Assembly: GCA_018398765.1 (NCBI GenBank)
Contig: JAHBMJ010000464.1
Span: 1-47,159 of the forward strand
Direction: 5' to 3'
From: Chromera velia
Taxonomy: Eukaryota
Length of the DNA: 47,159 nucleotides
The notes under the pieces were generated by a model. The model worked only from the letters and a program-made list of their open reading frames with translations. It searched no databases and was not told the origin of the DNA. This document shows positions 10,226-23,951 of this stretch, piece after piece. A program made the position numbers and the translations under genes. The first letter of the stretch is position 1. Each line of letters begins with the position of its first letter.

Positions 10226-10573
10226 GCACCTTCACGTTCCCAGGATCCCGACAGAGAACCGTCTCTGCATGATGCAGGGCGTCTCTGTCCCTCTGTCCGT
10301 GCAGCAGAAGCGAGTGCGAAAGATTCGAATGGACGTTCAAACTTGTGCATACCGCGTTGGTGACCTCCATCAGGTCTCCCCTGTCCCCTCCCTGCTGTCC
10401 GGGTCCTGTTCCCTCCTCCTCTCCCCGCACTGTCTTCGGACTGTCCTCTCCTACTGCACCCTCAGGGGTGTGCTCCTTTGTCTTTGCCCTTCCAGCTGCG
10501 AGTCTCCTAGACACCTCCTCAAGCACCCTCTCCGACAGGCCTTCATCGAGAGGTTCGGCATAGCTGCACACAT

Positions 10574-10637
<64 letters not shown>

Positions 10638-12725
10638 GGGTCGAAAGAAGGAAACAAAACGGGATGGAATACGAGAAAAACGGCAGATCAATCCTGCGCA
10701 CACTCTTCAAACAGCACACAGTGCCCACAGACTGCCCAGGGAGCCCGCGTGCCACCGATTGGCTATTTTTTTTGCGCTGTCCACATGTCTTCACGATTGT
10801 TCGACTACTTGCTATCTCTCCCCCTTTCCTCTTTCTCCTCCCTTTTTGCCCTCTGACCTCCACTTTCCCAGTTCCTTTTCTCTCTCCCTGCCGGCCCTCC
10901 GAGGCCCTGCGTGGTCGTCCTTCGACAACAGCCGGTACACTTTCAGAAATCTGCACAGGAAGAGAAGACCAACTCAAGAGCAGAAGCCGGCTTTCGCGTG
11001 TCAAGAAGAAGAAGAAGAAGGCAGGCGCACAGAGCTGAAAAAGAAAGCCGGAGAGCTCAAGCAGAGGGACAGGCACTGGAACAAGCACACTTATATTTAT
11101 AGAGAGACCAGGAAGAGGAAGACCAGTGCAAACAAAGAAAAAGAAATCAAATGAGGCAATTCAGAAAATGAAGACAGACCACGCACGCGGCTGATCCAAG
11201 ACAGACACGCACGGGGACACGGGAAGAGAGAAAGACACGGAGACAAACATACCGGCAAACGTCGAGTGCATTCGTGTACGCATCGATGGCCGCTGCGACT
11301 TTTCCTGCCTGCGAGGGCAGGAGAGAATGCAGCAGGGAAGAGAAAAGGACGGCCGCATAAGTAGCTGTCGACTCAGACGGCCGGCAGGTAGAAGGGCGAA
11401 GCTTTCCATCGGTCGGAAAAGCACAGATGGTCGGGCACAGGGACACTGGGACGTTGCAAACTTTCTGTACCGCTGTTCTGATGGATTTTGCAAAAAAACA
11501 TTCAGACACGAGAACAACAACACAGACAGGCCTACAGAAGCAGCCACTTGTCCGACCGACCTTCAGATACAGACTGCCCAGCTCCTTCCACCTCTCCGCC
11601 CTTTCCCTCTTTTCCTTTTCGTCTAGAGCCCAGATGTCCTTCATCTGCAACGGAGAAATCAGAAATTTACTTACAAGGATTGGATGGAACCGAGTGAGCA
11701 GCTCTCGTCAAAAGTGCTTTCAGATGCCATTGAATCCAATACGAAAATGGAGGGGAGAGAGAGATAGAGACAGAGACAGAGACAGAGAGAGAGAGCGAGA
11801 GAGAGAGAGAGAGAGAGCGTAAGAATTCACAATTCATGCTGTTACTGCCAAAGACCTGCATGCTCACCACACAAACCTCCTGACCTTGTCGGATATGTTC
11901 AAGAGCGTCACAGTCAATCGTCCCTCCTTTTCCTCCCCCCCGTGCCCGTTCTCCTCGTCCTTCTTGGAGTCCCCCCCCTCATTTACGGTTCCTCCCCCCC
12001 GCACAGTGGTACCTCCTTCAGCACCCTCTCCCCAACTCCATTCAACTTCCACTTCTTCCACCCCCCCCTTCTCCCAATGTTCAACCAGTGCCGCGTCCCT
12101 CTTCATCAGATACTCCTCGCTCGTCTCCTCCCCCCCCTTGTCAAATTCAATTTCCTCCCACACCCCCTTTTCTCCAGGAACCCACGCAGTCAGTCCCTTT
12201 GTCCCTCTTTCCTGCTGCCCCTTTTTGAAAGGATTCTGGGAGGAGGGCATCACTGTGTCTTCCTCCTGAAGCAGAGACAACGGAAAGGAGACGGCTGCTC
12301 GCTGCAGATGGCGGAGCGCTCCCACTGCCGTCTCCAGGAAGGTGGGGACAAAACCCAAACCCAGACTCCAAGACAGGACAGCTGCAAAACGCAGTCAGGG
12401 AGAAGCAAAGAGGATAAATGGTGCAACGAAAAAAGCACCCTCCGCATAGAGGCGGAATGAAAGCGGAAGGAAATGCAAAATCAAGAGATGCTCTCACGCC
12501 TCGATAGGGATCGAAATGAGATGATCAACTTGCGAGTCGAGCGAACGTCAAAAAAAGGGGAAGGCATGACGGTAACTGTGTATGTGCGTGCATTCGATCG
12601 TGTGCAAACAAAGAAAGAAAGAAAGAAAGAAAGAAAGAAACTGTCAGATTCGTCGAACTTGAAAAGAGAGGAAGGAAGGAAGGCGGTCTTCTTCCACCGT
12701 CTCCTTCTCCCCCTCTCCACGTCCC

Positions 12726-12793
<68 letters not shown>

Positions 12794-13344
12794 TACCTGT
12801 TGCAGCTAAAGACTCAGAGGGCCACATCCTGCCGAGGTCTCCCAGACCCCTCACTGCGGACAGAGAGGGGGAGGGGCCGTTGCCCCCACCCCCTTCCCCT
12901 GGGAGGATCCTTAAGGGAAGGGAGCGCAGGGAAGATGATGTTTTCGTGATCAACACTGAAGGCAGCAGGCGAGATGAAAAAGGCAGGCAGACAGACGGAG
13001 ACGGGAAAACTTCCAGTGCCGAACACTTGGACGATTTCACATGTTAATGTACTCTTACAGTTTGGACAGAGAAAGTTGAAAAAGATTGACTCAAAAAAAA
13101 GGCGAAAGAGGAGAAAGAGGGGTGACCTGAAAGTTGAAAAAAGTTTCTTTGCGTGGTTTCGTGCATGCGGCGTGCGAACGCGTGTGTGTTTGTTTATGTT
13201 TGTGGAATGTTTGCGAAAGAAAGCAAGGACGGAAAGGAAAAGCTCGGAGGTGCAATTTCAAACACGGAAGGGGGGAACGCAGCGGCGGGCCAGTCCGGCT
13301 CCTTCTGTCTCATGTGCGTGTATACATCAGATTGTTCATGCACA

Positions 13345-13378
<34 letters not shown>

Positions 13379-16300
13379 CGTGTGTGTACAGATACACGAA
13401 TTACCGGCGCACACGCCCGAAGAACGAGACTCACCGTGCACCACACAACCTTGCTCAGCCTCCACGAGGGCAGTCTTCCCTCTGGCTGCCTTTCTCTCCG
13501 TCTGAATTCGGACCTCGCACAGTTTCTCATCCAGATTTCGCGGAGCTGCAAGACAAGAGAAGAAAAAAGAAAGAGGGGGGCGAACGGAAAGTCACAAAGG
13601 GACAAAAGTAGAAAGAAACCCAAAATAACGGGAAAGGGAAAGAAACCAAACCGGGCCCAGGGGTGCCCAGACACTCCACATGCAGGAAGGGTCTTCCTCA
13701 TTTATTCCTTCGCTCACCTGCCTGCCTGTCTGTCCGGAAACTTTTGTCCTCAATGAACCTTCACTCCACTAGATTCAAAATTGAATGCTTCAGGGATTTC
13801 TTCACCCTTCGAGTGCGTCACTTCAGATTTGCCCTACCCGTCTGAGTCTACTCATCGAGATATCAAGAAAGCTAAGAACAAAAAAAAAAAAAAAGCTAAG
13901 GGACCCGAGTAGGAAAGAATCGGGAAACAGTGCTGCACGTCATGACCGTGAGAAAAGTTACAGAGAAAGTCGTATAGCGAGCGGTACAGATGTCGAAGGT
14001 GGGAGAGAAGTAGAGAAGAAAGCAATTGCTCGATGGGCAAAATAGACATGTAGGCAGGCAGATAGACAGATACACAAACAAAGGGATCCAGAAAGAAGAG
14101 AGAGAGATGGAGGAGAAAAAGGCAACCCTCCTTCCCCCTAGACTTACACCTCACTGTCCGAATGTCGGTCCTTCTGACCAGGCGAAGAAACAGCCTCAGA
14201 TCTATTATCTCCTTCTCCTCAGCTCTGCACAGAAAGAACAGAACGAAGAGGCGACATGGAGTTGAGAAGAGAATCAGAGACCCACAAGGCGAGAGAGCGA
14301 ACGAAGAACGAGGCTAGGAGCAAATGCGGCACCAATGTCAGATGCCTTGCAGATGAGGCGGCTTGTCGACTTGTCAGTCAGAAGACTGAGGGAGACGAAA
14401 CACAAACCCTCGAGACCGCGAGGGAACATTTCGTGAGAGTCAGTATCAGCACATAACGCAGCGACAAGATCGTGGATTTCTTTTCTTTTCTCTCCTCCTC
14501 CAACGCGAATAAGAAAGCGAGTACACAGCCGTAACGTATGTTCTGCTCATCATATGCCAGGACGAATCGAATAAAGGCGTCGGTGTGAGTGCAGAAGGAA
14601 GAGGGTGCGTGAAAGCAGCATAAAGGGGATCTATTGAGAAAACACAGGAAGCGCACTCACTCGCTCTTGCTCGCTGACTGCCTGACGGACTCACTGACTG
14701 TTGTTGCCCCCCCCCTTCAGATCCCTCATGGTTCTGCCCCTCCACGCTCTCTCTCCTTCCCCCTTCCCCAGTCGACTGCTGCCCCTCCCGGATGATCACT
14801 CGTGCCTCCTCTCCCTCGGACATCGCACATAAGGCATGGACCATCTGCTGACCTCCCAGAGAGTCTGCAGCGAGAGACAAAGAGAAAAGACATTCTCATC
14901 TCTCTTCCATACACAAACGCACACAGAGAGGTAGACGGAGCTGGAGTAGGGAAAAAACAGAAAACGAAAAACGTCAGTCCCATATACGAAGGAAAAATAC
15001 GTGAAAGCAACATCACTCCTAGCTGACAAAGCAACTCGAAGCAACACCGTCTCGGCAGTTGCGGGGAGCTGGACACGCACAACAAAATGCCAGACCCACA
15101 ACGCAAAGTTGTGTGAAACAAACCAAGCAGGAAACGTGGAACAAATAAGTATGGCAGAAACGGTTTTTTACAGATGACCGACGGATGCCGACCTGCACTC
15201 ACGGCGGTTTCTCTCCACTCAACGCTCCTGTTTGCCGCACGGGATCTGAGAGATGAAACGTCAGGTGCCCCGTTCCATTCTTCTTGGCAGTCTGCATTTT
15301 CTCTCTCGCACAAAGGAAGGACACACACAGGAATAAGAGAGTGAAAAAGGGCTCTCGTAAGGCAGGGAAGCAGAAGTGCACGAAGTCGGGAGACTGCTCG
15401 AATGAATGACGATTGCACTGCACTTCCATTCTGAAAGAGACACAACAGAGAGACAGACTGAAAAGAAAAGACGCCAGTCACTTCACACTCTTCGGTTATT
15501 GCGATTCTCCCTATCAGATTCCATTGAGGCATCTCAGGCCCCTCTCAGGCAGCCGCTTGTGATATCCACACAACGGTATATGCTTGGAGGGCGACAGGTG
15601 GGAGCAGGGTGACAGGATCGGTCCGGGCAGTAGAAGAGAAGAAGTGGAATGAGTGGGTGTATGAAGGGAAGAAGAACAGCAAGAAGGACAAGTTTGAGGA
15701 AACCGGGAAGTATAACAAAAAGGGCGATGCGGAGGCAAAGCTCAACAGATTTCCTCACGTACATTGAATCACATCGCCAAGTCGGGGGAAGGTGCGGTGG
15801 TCCCCTGCAACAAGTCAATATTCATAAGTGGAAGAATGAAAAGAAAAGAAAGCGTCCATAGGTGATGTCATCCTTCGAGTCCATTCAGTAAATGGATTTC
15901 ATTTCAGATAGGAGGAGGAAAAGAATGTCCTCCCTCAGGCTGTCTGCGGGGAGTCCGGGTCCCTCCCGCTTCTTCACTCAGAAAGAGATGAGGGAGTTCT
16001 GCAGGGGGAAAGAGCGACAAGTTCAATGAGAAAGAAAGAAAGAAGGAGGGAGAGAGAAGGCGGGGGGGGAAAGAGAGGGTGGGGGGGGGGAAGAAAGAGC
16101 ACAAGATCCCGTGCTTTGGATGTCTGGTCGTCTACGTTTCTACCTTCCTTTCCTGAGCGACGAGAAGACGGAGGGGCAATTGCACCGTCACCCATCCACT
16201 CAACCTCCCGATCGGTGCACCAAAAAAGGCAACGGGGCTCGTGCAGTTTTCCCTCAACAGAATCAAAGTGATACACTGAAAGATGGATGAATGAATATGC

Positions 16301-18979
16301 GGGTGGATACAGGTAATTGATCCATCTTCTGACCTTCCAACTGCGTCTGCTTCAACAACCGGCCATCGGAGGTGAGGGCTGCATGGATGCAACAACACAA
16401 CGGGGGGGGGAAGACAGAAAGAAGGGAAGGACAAGGACAAGGGCAGCCACAACAGAAGGAGCACAGAAAATCCAGAAGGTGTATACTTTTTGTGACGTGC
16501 TATTTTGGAGCAAGCAATGAGTTTCGATTTTTGTGAACCCAAGCATCTCTCAGTATGAGCGGGCACTGCGGTTCCAATCATGCAGACAGACAGACAGACA
16601 GACAGAAACCTCACAACAGGACTGCATTCACAAAGGGATTGATTGATGGAAGAGAGCGACGCACTCTGAATGATTTCCTGACTGACTCTGAATGGGCCTG
16701 AGTGATAAGAGTTCGACCTCAAAGCGGGCTCTGTCTTTCATCTCTGCAGTCTCTGTGATATTCGCACTCCCCTCTGCACCCTTCCCGTCGGCAGGCGGGT
16801 GGGGAGTAGGTCCTTGAGACTGGGAAGGGGGAGCTTGGGTTTGTGGGATTCTGCTAGGGGGTGGGGCTGCAGCGGGGATAGGCGGCATTCTTGTTTGAGG
16901 AATGGCCCCGGCAGGCGGCATGGCGGTCCTTGGCATGGTCCCGGAAAGAGAACTTCCGGTCGCATTCGGAGGAGGAGGAAAGGGAAAATTTTTGGGGACA
17001 CCGGGAGCGAGTAATGATGGGGTGCCTGAGACTGATGGTGGCTGTGTGATGGACGGAGACGGCGCGGTGATTTTGGATTGACCAACTTGCACTTTCTTTT
17101 GCGCATCTGCTTCTTTTTCTCGTGTGTTCTCTCCTCCGTCCTCTCTCTCCGGACTTTCGTCCTTCTCCTCTTCCTCTTCCTCTTCTTCTTCTTCCAGCTC
17201 GTCCTCTTCGTCCTCCTCTCCGACTCCCCCAACGCTCTGCGAAGCTTCTTGGGTCGCGTGTCCTGAGATCGGCGGTGTCGCTGGGCTCGGAGGGGAGGCA
17301 GAGGCAGAGGATCCTGTTTGGTCCTTTTTGACTTCTTTTCGCCGTCTTCTCTCCTGGGCTCGGGCCTTCATGCGTTTGCGCTCTGATGCCCTCACCTTCG
17401 CAATCGATCCAGCGACCTGAACGTACGTGCAGAGAGAGCGTGCAACAAACATGATTTGGATCTTTCACAGCGGACTGTGCGGTACCGAAAGAAAGTGAAA
17501 TGGAGCACTGGAAGAGAAGAGAAAGAAAGGAGGACGGATGGGGGGCATCTGAATGGCCAAACTGACCGACTGATAGGGTGCTGCCTTTCTCTTCTGTTCT
17601 TCCTCTTGGAGGACTGAGGCGTCTGTACCTGCATTTGATTAGAGGGAGGAAGGAAGAAAGTGCGCTTCGATGTATGAAACCAGCGGGCATCTTTGGTTAT
17701 ACAAGTTTGGCGCAAAGGCAGAGAGAAAAACGGGCACAAACAGAGGTGCGCCAAAGCAGGCAGGCAGACAAGGCAGAGAGGGAAGACCGACTGACCGACC
17801 CGCAAACTGTCTCTCCGTCAACACGACCGCTCTCTCACCCTCTCTCATGGTCCGCACGCTCATCAGCACACAGGCGGGAAGAGACTCTGCATGCAGACAT
17901 GAAGGGAGGACGGAAAGGGACACCAAGAGGCGCCAGGATGAGAGACAAAAAGAGAAGACCAATACGACAAAAGCAGAACCTGCAGGCGGCAAAAACTGCC
18001 TCAGGGCAGGAAAGTCAGTGAGCACAGAGGAAAAAGGAAACATCCCGCTGGAATGCCTGAGTGAGGAAGACTTGATTGATTCCTTCGAATCGAGTGCCTC
18101 CTGTCACTGGTGGATCAGCACGGTGGCCTGCACTTCGCAATGACAAAAAAAAGGGTAGCCCATATTACGTAAAGTTCTTCCACACCTCCGAGGCTCGAAC
18201 TGGGCACTTCAAGGCATCACAAGAAGAATTCGCTGGCCCTTCACAACTAGGCTGAAACCCACTGGGCGGAGTTGTTCCATACCTGCCACTCTTTCCGCCT
18301 TCCTTCCCAAAAAAGACACCTGCATGCATCTAACCCTTCATAAAAATATTCTGCCTGCCTGTCTGCCTGACTGACGGCCGTAGCCAAGACAAAGTCTCCG
18401 GTCCTCCCACGGAGGCCCTGCGGAAGACCCGAGCTGGGGCAGGGGGCCTTCGTCCTCCAGGCGCCGCCACCTGACTGCATTCATTCACTTCGGTGGTAGA
18501 GCGAGAGAACGCAGCAACGCCAGAGTGAGCGAATCACTTCAGTTTTCCGCTATTGAGGAGATGAGGAGAGGGAGCGGTTGCATGAGTCATTGATTGATTC
18601 GTTCGCAAAGAAGATTCTGCACCCCATGCCTGTGTGTCGTTCAGGTTTTTGTTTTTGTTTTTGGAGATGCAACCTTGTGCTTTTCCTTTTTTCTTGGTGT
18701 CACTTCGGTTAATTATTCCCCGATCTCCCCTTTCTCTACCCGAGCTCTTTTGTTCTCCCGCTGTCACTCTGTCTTTCGACACTTTGTGCGTGATTGCGTG
18801 TGTGTACCAGTGGAAGTGACCGCCAGCGTGGCTCTGTGTATGAGTCCACCGTTCTAATTTGCACCACGCCTTTTCCTGGTTCCACGCCCGCCCTCCCTCC
18901 CTTCAGCCCCCCAGATTGTCTCTCTCTCTCTCNNNNNNNNNCCCCCCCCCCTCACACACACACATACACACGCACACGT

Positions 18980-19015
<36 letters not shown>

Positions 19016-19808
19016 GGACCTTCAACTTCGTCTCCCATGCCCGGGGTCCGATACCCCTGCAAACACATGCGCGAGGGGGCAGGGCGCGAATCTTCTTTAC
19101 ATGCACACAGGAGCGTTTGCAACGTCAACACGCCGGGTGGACACAGAGAGAGCGTGGGTCTGCATGTGCAGAAGGAAACGAAAGAAAAAACGAGAGGGAG
19201 GGAGGGAAGTTCCCTGCATGTGCACGAACATGCACAGAGTAACTTAGTGGGTGAAGAAAGCAGGATTTAGAGAAAGGAGTCTTACACAGCAAACAAAGCA
19301 GAGAGAGGCAAACGCTCCTACCTTGCCCATGGTCCGAATGACTTTCGAGATCCGGCCCTTGAGGTCGACTAGAATTTCGTCTCCAGGGACGAATTCAGGG
19401 GGCTCGTCGTCCGACTTCCAGTCTTCAGCTGCGACTCGTTTCACACATGCACAAAGGTATCTGTATGCGTGTACGCGCGTGAAAGAAACGCAGAAGGGGG
19501 CGTGGAGGACCGGAAACGGCTCAAGGAGGAGACGGCAGAAACAGGAGACGGAGGAGACGCCTTTCGTCGAAACGAAAATTCAGGGGTGAGAAAAAAGAGC
19601 AGCCACTAGACAGTAACACTCATGGAGCAAATGGATAAATTTTAGGGAAGGGACAGTAAGAAGGACGTGCTCAAAAGCCAATGCCACGTTCATCCAGTCG
19701 GCTTGGCAGAGATGATGCGTCAGCCCAGCAACCAAATACCCCATGCAGGCAAGATAGAAGGGCACGATGAAGGGAAGACCGACCGGGAGCCTCCGAGTCC
19801 GAATCCAT
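9490..19808 (-). CDS. multi-FKBP plus TPR co-chaperone (FKBP52/plant ROF1-like architecture), many exons, divergent PPIase domains
   Basis: Phase-matched 5' exons 19808-19784 (MDSDSEAP), 19428-19322 (...KGRISKVIRTMGK), 19056-19020 (GYRTPGMGDEVE) and 18474-18376 (VRWRR...LCLGYG). FKBP-type pieces RFEVELLS (~16690), MVHALCAMSEGEEARVII (~14830) and GFVPTFLETAVGALRHLQRAAVSFP...LTVTLLNISDK (12350-11885). TPR region MKDIWALDEKEKRERAERWKELGSLYLK|AGKVAAAIDAYTNAL...VHSNLSHSLL...RDPGNVK|CQFRKAKALLAL. Terminal exon ...EVANRKEKQAFKGIFR* ends at 9490. Several middle exons are unresolved. Confidence 0.75.
12630..12661 (-). repeat. dispersed 32-bp intronic element, copy 1 (identical to 40987-41018)
   Basis: aaagaaagaaactgtcagattcgtcgaacttg occurs at both loci, each next to a (GAAA)n-type tract. 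Confidence 0.85.
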
Positions 19809-20996
19809 TGTCGAGGCGCAACTCTCAGCTCGCTATGTGCTCCCTCGGTATTTTTCTGCTTCCAGCGCTGTGCCTTCACAGCGGGGCGGGAATGCTTTGC
19901 AGCTGGATCTCACCGAAGCTGTTGACGATAGTTCGGCAGAGAATCTTTTTTCGAGCTCAATTCGAATGTGAGTCCTTGGCAGGTCAGCGCTAATTCTTTG
20001 ATGTTGAAACCATATAGCTAGCTGTACAATGATCAATGCTGGGGGATGTAGCTTAACTCCTTACTGACTTGATTTCACATCTCATCCCATCTCTTATGGG
20101 ACCTTCTCGAACATCTGTATAGATCGGCCCGGCGTATCACGAGAGTGGGCGCGCGCGCACTGCGCGCCGACGTATCGTGCATGGTGGGTACTCCCGTAGT
20201 CAAAACCCTCGTCGTCGTCGTCGGATCATCAACGTAGTCGAGTCCGGCGTCGAAAGGGGGGGCAAACAAAAAGTTCTTATCCTTTATTATCCTTCGATCG
20301 AAACGTCGCAAGCATGCAATGCATATGCCGGGATGCTTTTTCACGTTCCTCTTTTTGTAAGATTACTACTCAGAGAGTCGGGGAACGCATTAAGCGTTTA
20401 CATGCGTTCACTCGAGCAACAATGGTCATGCAGTAAGCAGATTGAATAAGATTGAATCATGCTATACGCGTAGGTTTTCTCCTCTTCTCTCTCGTACTAT
20501 CACTGTTAGTATCGCACCTTCTTTTCTTATCCCTTTTAAGAATTTATCACTAGATTTGTCGTCACCACGACATTACATGTCACATGTGCACGACAGCAAA
20601 GCCAAAAAATGTGTAGCCGTTCTTCTCCTCTCTTTTTCTTTCCAGCTCTTCTTTTGCATGATTACTGTGGACTCTTGTTTTAGCATCTCATTGCATAACC
20701 TGAATTTTGCCTGGAAAAGAATATTTAAATAGGAAAATATGCTGGATGTCTGCTTGGATGTACTTGTATGACAATGTACGTAGACATCTACACATCAGCA
20801 TATAACTGTCAACTGTGAGTTATCAGTATATAGCTTTATAATTAGGAGACCCGAGTTATCGTGAGTCATTAAATAACATTAGTAGCTTGTTACAGCCTGT
20901 ATAAGTAGTTCTACAACCAAGTCTATCATGCATTATTATGCATTGATTTCAATATGCTAGCTAACACGCTAGCTAGTTTTCAAAAGTTCAATCTAG

Positions 20997-21297
20997 ACTC
21001 ATCTATGAGTCGGCAAGCTGTTTAAACTAGTAAAAATAGTTGAAAAAATAGTAAAAATAGTTTAAATAGTTACTATTTTTACTATTTGCTACATCATAGA
21101 GTAAAATAGTTAGAAAATAGTTAGCTATTTTTACTATTTTAATAGTAAAATAGTGCTATTTTACTATTAAAATAGTAAAAATAGCTAACTATTGAATTAT
21201 AAACTATTTTACTATTCGACGTAGCGAATAATAAAAATAGTCACTATTTTTACTATTTTTACTATTTTGACATAGCAAGCCGACTCGTAGATGGAGT
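20997..21297. mobile_element. foldback/MITE-like palindromic element
   Basis: Termini ACTC-ATCTATGAGTCGGC versus reverse complement ACTCCATCTACGAGTCGGC. Perfect central palindrome with 38-bp arms (21116-21153 / 21156-21193). Internal TAGTAAAAA/TTTTTACTA modules. Possible degenerate 9-bp TSD tcaatctag/tcaatatcg (7/9). Confidence 0.75.
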
Positions 21298-21530
21298 TCA
21301 ATATCGTTCATTGAAATACATACACAATTGTATTAATTTAAACCAAGTACAACATTTTTTTAAAAAAATTGTGAAACTAGTTGTGAAATACCGTGACACT
21401 GGATTTTGAGCTAGATTTTGAGACACGGTGCAGACACCTTAATTCGCCTTAATTTGAATAGAATAGAATTGAACCCTATAAGAAACCATAAAGGGGACAT
21501 ATGTTCTTTGTTTTCCACCAGATGATCGAA

Positions 21531-21667
21531 TGCTAAAAAAAATGGGATCAAGATCAACTTGAATTTCAGTGCCACAGTGATTAAGAATGATTGCAGCTTG
21601 CTCAAAAAAATGGGATCAAGATCAACTTGAATTTCAGTGCCACAGTGATTAAGAATGATTGCAGCTT
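21531..21667. repeat. 68-bp tandem duplication (2 copies) downstream of the channel gene stop codon
   Basis: tgggatcaagatcaacttgaatttcagtgccacagtgattaagaatgattgcagctt starts at 21543 and again at 21611. Confidence 0.95.
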
Positions 21668-21736
21668 TCCAGCCTCTCAGTGTGTGGAAGCTGCAAGCCT
21701 GAGTCCAAGCGACCAAAGTTTAGTCTCAGAAAAAGA

Positions 21737-22501
21737 TTATGAACTTGGTGCTTGTTTGCTCGCGCCTTTTGCCTTTATCTCTGTGCGCCCCGCCGCCCCC
21801 TCTGGCGAATTCCGCTCTCCTTCGTCCCCTTCTACGGAGACTTCGCACGAACTCGCCTTTATTGACACACGAGGAGCCGCGACTCCTCCTTTTGTCTCAC
21901 CCCCCTTCCCCTCTGTTGTTGTCTCTCCTTCTTTCGCCTCGTCCCCCTTCCGACCCCCTGCAGATCCAGCACCAGACAGCCCTCCGGGAAACCGAAGGGC
22001 GCTAGCGCGTGACTGTCCCCCGTTTTCTCCGCCTTTCGAAGTTCCCGTTTCTCCGTCTTTCTCTTCTGACATGGCATGAGAGTACACGCCAGACACCTCC
22101 CGAGACCCAATCGGAACGTTTTCTGTGTCGTAATTGTCAGCGCGGGGTGGGGGGGGCGCATGTACATGCTTGTCGCGGCCTTGATGAGGGGTCGTGGCGT
22201 CCGCAGGAGCTTTGAGAGTCTCCCACAAATTTCGAACGATGCTCCGTCTCCTGGTGGACTTTCCCCCTGTCCTTCCCCCTTCTTCCAAGTCTTTCTCTAG
22301 GCACGCAGCCATTTCTCCTTCCTCTGCCGTCGCGTTGGGACTCCCCTCTCCGAGCACGACTGCCCTGTGGAGGTTTCGCACTGCCCCGTGCACCGTCAAG
22401 AGGCCCTTTTCGTCGAGAGTTTGCTCCTTCATGAGCACAGACCTCTGGAGAGACCTCTCGTGGGAAGAGTTGAACACGTCTTCGTCGAAATCCTCTCCTG
22501 C

Positions 22502-22533
<32 letters not shown>

Positions 22534-23906
22534 CGACTATATATTTCTTCTTCTCTCTTCTTTTCTTCACGAAAACAGTCAGACAGATAGACAGACAGAC
22601 AGACAGAAGAAAGAAGAACAGCGAATCATTGAAAAAAACTTAGAGCTCCACCCAGAGTGAACTGATCGAGAGAAGTATTGCAACCAAGCCACAACACTCC
22701 TTACAAACATTCAACAGCGCGGCAGAACGAGAAGCTGATGGAAACCCCCCCCCCCCAGGATGGTCTTTCAAAACCCACCGTTGAGTTTGTACACCTTCTT
22801 CTGGATGTCGACCAGCCTCCTGTCTGTCGAGTTTACTTTGGTGTCCAGTTTGGTCACTTCGGTCCTCAACGAGTACAGCAGTCTTCGGATTTCCATCGCG
22901 TCCAGGGCAGACGCCTGGCCTGCAATCAAGGCCTTCCTTTCATTCCTTTGCAAACTTTCTCTCTCTTTCCACCTCAACACATTTCAACAGACGCATATAT
23001 CAGTAGAACATGTCCATGAAGAGAGAGAAATCAGACCAAACGTACAGCTTCCCGGAGAGACTTGATCAGAATCAATCATCCCGTCTGCAACAGACGTGCA
23101 AGGCTGGATGTCCACCTGCTTCCTTCCTTCCTTCCTTCCTTCCTTCCTTCCATGGATCAGGAAGGAATCAGAAGGAGAAATCAGAAGAGGAAAAGAAAAA
23201 CAAACACACCCCTGAGCCGAAGAATTCCGTCCACAAACTCTTCCGTCCCAATCGACCCGTCTCCGTTGAAGTCTAAAAGAACAAAAACGGATTCTGCTTG
23301 CCCAGGATCGATACCCAAACTCCCCAACCGGTAGATCATGGCGGGATCCTGTAGGAGAGAGAAAACCAAAGCAGATTCGAAGGAAAGTAAATCTCTGGTC
23401 TGTAATTGAGTGATGCAGGCCGGCGTACGTTCAACATTCATGCCACCCCAGGATAGGTGAAGACCAGAAAAGAAATGCGTTATCCATTGCCGATGCTTCA
23501 AGGTGACTGCTCTTTTTGCAAATCAATTTTCGTCAAGAGAAGCTTTGCTTTGTCCTCACGGAGGAAGAGAACCAAAGTGAAGTCAAGATTTGGCCCTGGC
23601 AGAGACACACACCATCACTCTTTCTCTTGCACCCGAACATCTCTCCATGCAACCATGAATGAATGTAAGAGAAGTGCACACCCCGTAAACGAATTTAGGA
23701 GCAAAAGGCAAATGGAGAACCACACCAACAGACGGACGGACGGACGGACATGCATGAGTTTCCGAAATTCGTCCAGAGTCAGGTACCCGTTGCCGTCTGT
23801 GTCCCACCGCCTCATCACGTCTGCGAGGAACTTCGCTTCTCTGGCCTTTCTCTTCTCCCTTTGCTCCGTCTCTGCTTCGTCGTGCACCTGTAGGCTCAAA
23901 CAGAAT

Positions 23907-23951
<45 letters not shown>

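Noticed and set aside
20075..20449. Short ORFs upstream of the FKBP gene
   Set aside because: CG-rich promoter-like sequence without coding hallmarks; the FKBP start is explained by the ATG at 19808.
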